NCBI GenBank assembly: GCA_016748015.1
Contig: JAAOMT010000072.1
Coordinates: 7,040-71,039, forward strand
Source: Geosiphon pyriformis uo1
Lineage: Eukaryota > Fungi > Glomeromycota
Length of the DNA stretch: 64,000 nucleotides
Reading direction: 5' to 3'
The first letter of the stretch is position 1; each line of letters begins with the position of its first letter. Below the pieces are notes generated by a model. The model was not told where the DNA came from. It searched no databases and saw nothing but the letters and a program-made list of their open reading frames with translations. Of the stretch, positions 13,005 through 23,263 are shown in pieces. The position numbers and the translations under genes are program-made.

Positions 13005-15669
13005 GTGTCTGATAACAATGTTAACAGTGAAGTGACAACAGTCACGCAAAGAAGTACAAGTGTAGAAACTATTGATAGTGAAAATTAAGTGGAAGGGAAC
13101 ATAACTTCTACTGCTGAAGGAGAAGACATTAATGCTAATTCATGAAATTCATCAACTGTGAAAACTGCCAGACCTATTACACCTTCATTTAGATTTGAAA
13201 CTATTGTTATGGTTGAAACTCATAGTTTTTATTAGTTATTACATGTATTAGCCACTGATGTCATATAATTAGCCAACCTATTTTTTTGATAGTAATCATT
13301 GACCTGATCAATGACCTGACCGTTGACCTGATCATTGACCTGATCATTGACCTGGTTGTTGACCACTTTTCATAGCTATATAAGCAATGAGTCTCTTAGT
13401 TGTAGAAAAGTATGTTCCCAACAATCAAAGAAATATAATAAAACAACTTTCATCTCAAACATTCTCTTATCGCTAATTTCTCTTTCCCTACTTTCAAGTA
13501 TCTGAACATCTTTTGGATAAAAGATCTCTTGTTGGTGTTTATCTGCCTTTTCCTGAAATGATTAAACAAAGTATTTGAAGATTATTAAATAAAACGTGAC
13601 TGAAGAGCACATTTAATACTTGATATTGAATTCTAAGAGTGCTGATGTAAGGCATAGAATTATACCAAGTGTGATCATTTGTTGACAGTATGGACTATCC
13701 CTCTACCTTCAGATTCCCCAGTTACCTTTGAAAAGTATAATGACTGAGATATTTTATGAGACTGATCTTGCGCATTGAATCCATACTTATTCAATTTGCT
13801 CTTTGAAGTTGAATTCCCCTTTGATTATTTCCATCACCCTACAATTCTGTTTTCCTTTGCTATCCATTAGCTTGTTACTCCAACCTGTAACACTATCAAT
13901 AGGCCATTTGGAAGTGTGAACACAAGTAGTGGAGATGATACACCCTTTAGAATAGCCAACACATTGAAAAGAACAGCTCCACATAGGAGAGCAGCAGACT
14001 TTTCTCTGATAACAGCTAACAAATTAGAGGAAAAGGCCAACAAAAAATACAGACACATTGAAAGATTAAGCGTAAAAGAGCTAACTAAGAAATTCACCCA
14101 AATATCTAAAGAAGACTTACCCAAAACCACATCTGTTTGAATCTATCACTTTGTCTTGCAGCCAATGTTCAACAAAAGAGGAAATAGTAACAAATTTCAA
14201 ATGGAAGCTTGGACTGATGAAAAGGGAGCCTCAAAGTCTCTGAAAAAAATGGATGGATCATTCAAAGTGCCTAAAGAAGACAGAAACAGAGCTGCACAAA
14301 TAGAAACAGCTCTGAGAAAGTGCAATCCTGATATTTTAGACAGAAGAAAGTCTGCATTAGAGAATGAAAAACAAATGGACAATTCATTTGACACAAACAG
14401 AGATAAGCCTAATGCAAATAATGTCACAGAAGACATGGAAGACTCTGAATTAAGCCTTTCAAGCAGAATGGCTAGTCCAAGTCCAGAACAATACAGTAGT
14501 AGGTTACTTGGCAAAAAACCCATGCTTATGAAAGCAAACCAGAAGGAAGGATGGAAAATGGTGGTCCATGGGACCAAAAGGCATGTACTTTTTGTACAAG
14601 CATTAGATATATTTGAAAAAATCATGGGGCTGCTATGAAAGAATTTGGTGAGGTCAAAAAAATCCAAATCAGAGTGGCTGGCAAATGGCAATCAGCTGTG
14701 GTTGAATATAACAACCAAGAAGAAGCAACAAGAGCTATAGATCAATGGTCGACCATGATCAGAAAAGATGTGGTCAGAATTTACCCAATGATTGGAACCC
14801 AAAAGATTATTGAGCAGAGAAAAACCTGGGAAGCTAAATTGGTGGGCCTACCACAGAACTGTACTGCTTACTATTTGAGCACCACTTTGGATCAAATCAG
14901 AGCCTGATCCTGCTTCATCCCAAAAACTAGTAAAAATTACACAAGGATGGGCTGTGCTTATGTAGGATTTGACAGTAAAGCTAGCCACAACAATGCCACT
15001 AAAAAGCCCTTGGTAATTGGTGACACACTGGTCCACTGGGTGCCTACTGATGCTAAAGAGTGCCACTTCTGTTACCAGGTAGGACATTTGGTCTCAAAAT
15101 GTCCAACCCTGCATAAGAAGAAAGAAGGAGATACCAAGAAAGTTACCAACAATATTAGATTGGCAAAACTGTATGTTAAGAGGAATGTTCCAGAGGAAAA
15201 CATCAAGGCCTTTGGTGGAAGATCATATGCTGATATGGCTGCACTCAGACTGCCCCATAACCGGAACAACACCAATCCAAACAATACTCAGAAATCTGGT
15301 CCACAAGTGAACAATAGGGAAGAACAATCAAAAAAAGGAGTTAACCAACCATGGAAGAGTGAAATTGATGAACTAAGACAGCAGGTTAATGAAATGGTGA
15401 AACTGCTGAATGCAGTTGCTGCCAAAGGTAAAAAAGTAATAGTTACTCAACAGCCAAGTTACACCTCAGAAGAAAAAGAAGTGATAAAAATTGGGTTACC
15501 AAGCCAAAGTACTACATTGAAAGAGGCATACAACCCAGAATTAGAAATCAAAGAAATTAAAAAAACTTTGGAACCCATTCTGGAGTTACTAAAGCAAGTG
15601 AAAAAACAGAGTAGCTGGAGCAGTTCTACTACTGAAGAATCTAAATCTATGGAAACAGATGATGTGTAA
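13005..15669 (+). pseudogene. LINE ORF1 (two RRM-like domains, CCHC knuckle, probable coiled coil), interrupted by a solo LTR and stops
   Basis: EFGEVKKI...WQSAVVEY, AKLVGLP...AYVGFD, CHFCYQVGHLVSKC. The start position is approximate. Confidence 0.85.
13205..13892 (+). repeat. Solo LTR, family A, 4-bp TSD CTAT
   Basis: ctat at 13201-13204 and 13893-13896. Removing it restores ORF1 RFETINRPF. Same subtype as 9972-10658. Confidence 0.95.
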
Positions 15670-18600
15670 CACACTTGATTCCAACATAGAACAGAACTAC
15701 TCCAATAATGACACTTGGAAAATTGGTACTGTTAATATTAGAGGGCTTAATAATCCTGGTAAAGCTGAAGAGGTGCTACATTGGATTATTGAAGAACAAT
15801 TTGACTTTGTGATTGTTACAGAAACTAAAATGACTCCAACAAAAGAGAAGAGTGTATTTTTTGGTTTTGATGAATATCATGCCTTTTGGAAATCAAGTAC
15901 AGAGAAACAAATGGGAACTGGTGTTAGTATACTAATCAAAAAATGTTGGATACACCATGTAGAAACAATTAAGGAGTTTCATGAGAGATTATTGCATTTG
16001 GGGTTGAAATTTAGAGGAAGAGTCAGTGTGCACATAGTAGAACTGTACATGCCTGCTTCCAAAGTGCCTACTGAGGGAGCAGTAGCTAAAGAAATCAGGA
16101 AACTTTTGGTAGACATTGTACAGAACAAAGAGATTATCATAGTTGCAGGCAATTTGAATGAAGATCTGTCATCCAAGTCACTTGAGGAAACATATGCTGC
16201 AAATAAGGCCAAAGCTTGTCCAATTGCTGCAACATTACAACATATGAATTTAGTGGATACACATGGAGCATATGCAACAAACAATCCAGAAAAGACATGG
16301 GCATCAAATGGTATACAAAGAAGATTGGACTATGTGTTTACTAATGCAGTTACAGCCTCACTGGTCACAAACATTGGGGTGTTTGATGTTAATAAATCTT
16401 TTAACACAGATCACAAAGCAGTAGTAACAATCATCTGATCTGATAGAATCTTGGCAGGCACTAAAAAATCTAGATCTGGAAGGAAGAAGTGTAGCACAAC
16501 TATGATTAATATTAGAAAAGCATCTGGGATTCAATAGGAGATCTATGCAGATAAAGCACAAAGAAAATCAATAGATAACAGCAATGATGATCTAAACCAG
16601 ATGTGGCTTACAATCAAAGAGACTGTGTTATAAGCTGCTGAGTGCCTACTGAAAAGGAAAGTGGGAGCCCAATCTGCACACACAAAGAAAGAATGCATAG
16701 ATCACAAGCTTGTTAAGATTGTTGCTGATATAATCAAACTAATAAGAGTAAACAATGCAGATATGCATGATAACAATGTTATGCAGTTGTTGGCCAAATG
16801 GAAACAGCTGAAACCTAAGGCAGTTAATGCGTATCTGATGACTTTTCCAAATAATAAGCTAATCATGGAATTACTTAATATTAAGAAAGAATACAGATCA
16901 ACACTGCAAGCTAGGATCAGGCTACAACAGCAAAGACAGATAGTGGACAATATTATTAGGAGACAACAAAACTTTGATCTAAACAAAGGAGCTATGATCA
17001 AAAGCATCATGAACAGAAAAAGATAAAGAATTGTACTAGACTATGTAATTGAAGAAGGCGAATTTCATGATGATCCTGATGAAATTAAAAAGCTAGTAAA
17101 CAGAAAAGCCCAAGGGTGGACCAGAACAAGAAGCATTGAGCCTAACCTATGGAAAAGTTGGGAACACAGATTTAAGCCAATTGAAAGCATTCCAGACCAT
17201 GCCTTTGATAGTGTAATGAATGAATTAACAAATGAGAAATTTGAACACATATTGAGCCACACACCCCATAACAAAGCTCCTGGCCCATCAGGCATTCAAG
17301 CTGAACTCTGGAGGAAGGCTGGGCCTAATACCAAGTCTAAACTGAAAACATTGCTCAATGCTTGCATTAAAGCAGCAAACATGCCTGAAGAGTGGAGAGT
17401 AGCACAAGTTATACTGATTCTAAAGCCAAAAAAATGGGGTGGCAATATTGACATCACCAGACTGATCACACTCATTGAAAGCACCAGAAAAATCTTAACA
17501 AAGATTCTAACTGCTAGGATATCAAAAGCATGTGAACTCCACAATGTCCTAAAAGATTACAATACCTCTGTATTAAAGAATACCTTTACAGCAGTGCCTA
17601 TTCATGTGATTAATGCTGTAGCTGAACATGTAAGAGAATTTGATAAGGAGGCTTGGTTTACATTTCAGGACATGAAAAAGGCATATGATTTAGTGGGATG
17701 GAAACCCATGGAAGCTGCACTAAAAAGAATTAAGATGAACAATAGGTTTACTGAGCTGTTTGGCTTGATGCACAACAATAGAAGCAACAGGATCATAACT
17801 GAATTTGGGTTAAGTGATAAATATCAAGTAAAAAATGAACTGGATCAGGGGGAAACAAGCTCACCCATTATGTCGAGAATTTTCTACGACCTCTTACTGT
17901 GCAAAGTAAAACAAGCCAATTATAGTTAGGGATACAAACTGACAGCAGCATGGAAAAAGTGGGATAATCAATCAGATACACAATCTCTGTTGGTGTCAGT
18001 AAATCACCTAGCCTTCGTCAATGACACAGTGTGAATAGCTAACTCAAGACAAGGAATACAAAGTATTTTGGACACAGCCAGCTCCTTTTTTAGAATAGTG
18101 AATATTGAGATCAACTTAGATAAAACTGAGACAATGGTGACCAGACCCTCCAAAGGGAGATTTTTGATGGTTGAGCCACTAAAATTTGGTCCAGATAAAC
18201 AAATCTTGAAATTGTTGGATCCATCTACATGTACCCAATATTTGGGAGTATGGATCAGAACAGATGGGAAAAATGAGACTGTTCTAAAAATAATAGGATC
18301 TGACATTGAAGCAGTGTGTGCAGTCATCAGGAAAAAACACATAACTGAGAAACAGGCCATTTACATTTTTAACAGTGTACTCAGTCCAGCTATTGAATTC
18401 AGATTTTAGTTGACTTATATTCCTAATAGCTGGGCTAGAAAATGGACTTCAAAGATTTTGGCCACTGAAGAAAAAAGCAAAACTTTCAGTAGATTTCTCA
18501 GCCAGTGCCATGCATTACTCATCCTTGTATAACCTGTTCAAAATTGATGATATACAAGCAAAAAGCAAGATCACAGATTTGTTAGTTAAATTGAACAGTG

Positions 18601-18860
18601 CTGATATTGCTGGAATGGCTACAAAAATCAGACTAGCCAACTTGCAGGTACAGAGATGATCAGCTCATAGTATACTTGAATATCCCACTAATGAACAATC
18701 TAAGCCAGAGGTTAATCTTATAGCAAACATTATACAGATGATGGAAAAAAGAGGCATCTCATTCAAGAGCAATGGTAACACACATGGAATACCTGAATCT
18801 TTAAGACCACAGACATATTTAATTGAGTCTATCTTACCTTCAAGTGAAACCTATATTAAA

Positions 18861-21290
18861 TTTTTTTTTTGTTAATGTGTAGCCACACTGATTGTTTATT
18901 AGTTAAGTCAACAGTAATGTAACAGTTTCATAAAGCCAGCTCACCCAATATTACAAGAATTACAAGATGTGGCTAACCACAGATGAAAAGTCCTAACTAC
19001 ATGCTAGTACTACCTATGCTACCTAGTGTATTAAACATATCTAATTCATACATCTTACCCATAATGCTAACAAGCTCATGACTATTCTTAACCATACCAC
19101 TCATCCACTTAGCAGTTAGATCAGGACTGGATTTGATACTGGATGGCTGATCTTTCCATAAATGCATTATAACATCGAATGTGTTATCATAGACAGAGAA
19201 ATCTTTATCTTCGATATCATCATCATCATCATCATCCATGTCATCATTATCTGACACATCTTCCAAGCAGGCCCATTCACATTTTTTTTCCAGGCATGTC
19301 AATCTTTTCTGCATCACAATAGCAATGGCAGCCAGGCCTTTATTCTGCCCAGCCAATCCAACTACACTTTCCTTAATAGACACATCCACAGCAGGTGGAG
19401 TAGGCAACAATTTGGTAACTAAAACAACCAGAGCACCAACAGGCTCAACCAAGGATTTTATCAGCAAAGATAGTTCACCAAGATGGGATTCCAGAGAAGC
19501 CAACCTAGCTTTGACAGCATTATTGATAGCAGAAGGAGCAATAGGCAACATGAGTGTAGTAGTTGGAAGGAGACCACTGAGATCCAAGTTCATATCAGCA
19601 GCAGCAGCAACAGGAGGAACCATGATAGCAGCAGCTTTAGCATAAGATTTGGATCTAGCAAATGAGGATTTGAAAACTTTGGGGCCACCAGAGAAGTCAG
19701 AAGAGACTTTGGGAGGAAGAGGTGGGGACACCTTGCACTCTAAAGCCAAATGGTCCAGACTTTGACACCTATAGCAGCAGTGACATTCAGGAGTTTCCCA
19801 CCAGATGCGACAGCCACATAAGGTACCAGTTTTAGAAACAGCAATGTTCAAAGATTCCAAGAAATCAAAGGTAACCACAGCAAACCATTGACATTGATAA
19901 GAATCAGGGGAGTGGGGAATGAAACATGTATGGCCACCAACTTGGGAGACCAAATCACTTATTTCAAATGCAGTACAGCCAAAGAGAAGATTGACCAGCT
20001 TAGCTTTGAAGATATCTCTTGAGGAGATAATCTCCTTTTGGTTGGTAATGGGAAGAATCTTAACACTGTCTTTTCTGACCAAAACAGACCAATAAGAGAG
20101 AGCAGTAGCAGCAGAAAAAGTGTCCTTAAAATGAATCACAGCATATTGTCATAAGCCAGCAGGCTTTAACTTAACAGAAGTGACAACACCAAAATTGCCT
20201 AGAGCAGTTTTGATGTCATCAAAAGAGGTACCTAAAGGTACATCACACAGTGCAACTGACAGAAAGAGAGAAGAAACAGAGGCCACACCAGAAGACCATG
20301 CAATCTTAAGAGTGGTCAAAAAATTCCCATTACCAATGGCCACTTTGGTGGCACCAGTTAAACTCTCCTGAGATGCAAATTCCACACAGAACAACTTAAC
20401 AGCATCTTGTGAAACTGACTTAAGCCCAATACAACCAGGCAGCAGCTGAAACAAAGAACAAAGAAGAGCCATCTTGATCTTGAATGTGGCACCAGGTATT
20501 AGATTGGAGGCCACCCAACCAGAGAACCTCTGACAACCATTCACATTTTCCCAAGCACTACCATCAGCAGCACCAGAAACTGGGGGAAGGACAGTTGATT
20601 CCATTTCCATCTGATCAGCCCAATCTTTGAAATCATCTGGATTGATGGACTGTTTTGCTACTGAGATTGGCAATGATCTGCTGGAGAGTACCACATCAGG
20701 CAACACAGCCAGTGGTTGATCTTGGCCTATCTTGGGAGATGTGCTGCTGCTGTTGCCATCCATATCAGGAAGAGGGCTGGCTGCTGCTGTGGAGATCTTA
20801 CTGAAGATCTCATCTGGAACCACAAAGGGGTTCAGTGTGACCATAACAGTTGCGACTGCCTGCTGCTGTTTTTTGGAATTTTTTGCTTTTGTGACCATTT
20901 GTGAAGTAGTAATAATAGAAGTAGTAGTCAGAATGGTGAGAGCAGAAAAGACCAACTTGTTGACTGGTCTGTTATTAAAAATCTTTGGGCTTTTAGAAGT
21001 AGTGGAGACAACACTGGGACTAACCCAAGTGTGTCTTTTGGAAGGAACTTTGACTGGAGAAGAACTACCAGCCAAAGGTGAAGAAAATGAACCAGAAGCC
21101 GCTAAAGGCAGCTTTTCACTAATATTTTTTAAAGGAAATGTAGCCAGAACGTTTTGTCTAGCTGCTTCAATAACAAAGAGACTCTCTCATGTTGAAACTT
21201 TATTAGTTACTATAAGAAAAGTAACATTTGCAACTTTTTTACTCTTAGCTCTATTTGTGGTCATGAAATTTAGGAGAGAAAGAGTTTTTT
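18861..21290 (-). mobile_element. ORF1-only non-autonomous non-LTR element copy 2, full length (2430 bp), poly(A), 17-bp TSD
   Basis: TSD gtgaaaccta(t/c)attaaa at 18844-18860 and 21291-21307, poly(T) 18861-18870, and no EN/RT coding. The 3' tail is homologous to the LINE tail. Confidence 0.95.
18997..21264 (-). pseudogene. Single ~755-codon ORF1-like protein (Ser/Pro-rich N-terminus, RRM-like domains, CCHC knuckle, coiled coil, acidic tract) with two premature TGA stops
   Basis: ATG 21264, ORF 20149-21075 and ORF 18997-20139 are all in one frame. Knuckle is CYRCQSLDHLALEC. It aligns by eye to the LINE ORF1. Confidence 0.9.
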
Positions 21291-23263
21291 GTGAAACCTA
21301 CATTAAAGTTAGAAGCTTACTAAGAAAGAAAAACATGTTGTATTTGCATCAGATACAGAACAAAGATGAGTCATTGATGACATGGATGAACTTCACAAAG
21401 AAGTACAGACAAAACAATAGTGGTAAAATTCCCAGATGGTTTAAGATTTTAGAATCTACAATCATTATGGACGAGTACAGAAACATTGATGTAGCACAAT
21501 GTAAGACATTGGGTATGCACATACTGACTAACCAAATACCAGATGATTTAGAAACAATGGAAAGAGACACTATTTATATCCATATCCCTGACACTTTACT
21601 ACCACAATGGAAGTGTGTATGAGAGAAGTTAAGACTCAGAAAAGAAATAGAAATATCAACAGATGGCTCACTGGTAAGAGCTGGTTCTGAGGAAGCAAGA
21701 GAAGCAGCTGCTTTTATAACACATAGGATAGAGGCCGAATTTGGTATAGCAATTGATGAAATATTATCATTGACAAAAGCAGAGGCAAAGGCTGTGTTGC
21801 TAGCTTTGAAAGCAGTACCTTACAGATGCAAACTAACAATAAACACAGATAGTCAAGCAGTGATGACAACGGCTCAAAGATGGTTGTCCAAAGATTCTCC
21901 TCTGTCTATTAAAAATCAGCTCAAAACTTCAAACTGGCATACATGGAATGCAATCAGAGTGATAATAAGGGAAAAGAGGATTGATCTCAACATGAACAAA
22001 GTGGCTAACAAACTAGCCAAAAGATCTACTACTCTTGATACAGTGAGGTGGGCCTACAATGCTAAGGAGACTGCATACATTCCTGTTTGTGGAGAAGTTG
22101 AATTGGATCTAAACATCAGGCATTTTCTGAACAAACAGGCTAGTCTTCAATCAGCTTTAGACTGGATAGGCAACAACAAAGTCCAAGAGACAATAGGATC
22201 TTTAGACCAAGATATAGACTGGATATGCACAACCAAGATTTGGAACTGGGATAAAAAGATGTCATCTGGCTTCATCTCAGCTGGTTCTTCAGCAATGTGC
22301 ACATTTATTATGAAATCATTTCACAACATGCTGCCAACAGCAGAGGTGCTATACAACAGACATTTCCATGTATACCTGAATAATCTTTGCAAGACATGTC
22401 ACAGGGAAGTGGAAACCAACCAGCACTTTTGGGAATGCTCTCTAAATACCCAAGAGGGCAAGACACTGATTGATGATGTAAAAGATAAGTGGATACAGTG
22501 CCTTTCAGAGGCTGTAAAAAGGGGACGTGAAACCCATAATACTGATGAGAAGATTATACTGTCTAATGAATACATCATGTCAACGTCTAACATAGATCTG
22601 CTATGTAAAGGACTAATTAATAAGCAATTTGGAAGGATCAATGCTTTTTCTGACATTGACCTAAAGACTAGCAATAATATATTAATTAAGGTGTGTAAAT
22701 GGGCAGTTACTTAAGCAAGGAATAGATTGTGGGGAGAACATTGCAAATTGCAAACTGAATGAGAAAAAACAATAGGTATTGATAATAGGGTCAAGAGAAA
22801 TCCAACTGTTGGTTCCAGTATACATAGCACTTCAAGAAATAGTGGTAAAGATAATGGCAAACCCATAGTCAAAATAGGTGATGTTTCCACACAGTGTAAT
22901 GGTATACTGACTAATGTTTTTTGTGGTAGGAGTACTTTGTATAATAGTGTGATACCCCATAGATTTTTTGGTTATACTAGCATGTAGTTAGGCATAACCA
23001 CTTAGTGGTTAGCCACATCTTGTAATTTAGATTATTGGGTGAGTTGGCTTTATGAAAAAGTCATGCTTTTTAAGTGTAGCTAAACTAATAAAAGACCAGT
23101 GTGACTACACATTAACAAAAAAAAAAAAAAGGAAAAAATTAGTTACAGAACTTATACTTATGCAATCTGATTTGGATTAACTTTTTATCCTCCATACTGA
23201 TGTATCCAGCTATAGACTTGGTGCTGTTCTCTTCCAAAAAAATAAAAATGACAAGAAACATAC

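Larger units (their letters stand above)
15659..22987 (+). pseudogene. LINE ORF2: APE endonuclease, RT, RNase H, C-terminal CCHC; interrupted at 18861-21307
   Basis: NIRGLN, TETK, GNLN, RLDYVF and TDH (APE). KAPGPSG, DMKKAYD, QGETSSP and AFVND (RT). TDGS, AEAKA and TDSQ (RNase H). CKTC...HFWEC. Ends GYTSM*. Confidence 0.93.
12870..23131 (+). mobile_element. Full-length LINE (APE-RT-RNaseH-CCHC), about 7.1 kb net of two insertions, with poly(A) tail and 19-bp TSD
   Basis: TSD gaaaaaattagttaca(a/g)aa at 12851-12869 and 23132-23150, poly(A) 23117-23130, and two overlapping ORFs. Confidence 0.95.

Noticed and set aside
9972-13892. Inverted LTRs as ends of a DIRS-like or composite element
   Set aside because: Each LTR has its own 4-bp TSD, removing it restores the host ORF, and no tyrosine recombinase is present.
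19238-21622. Long antisense ORFs over the ORF1-only element (also 2181-2540, 2803-3210, 3664-4356)
   Set aside because: In this frame, stops need Tyr/His/Gln codons in the sense protein, which are scarce. The 20732-21622 ORF merely runs into LINE ORF2 across the junction. There is no independent evidence of coding.
23260-23263. TSD for copy A3
   Set aside because: The flanks (atac and, un-inverted, gtat) do not match, and about 4 bp of target seem to be missing. I could not resolve this, so no TSD is claimed.
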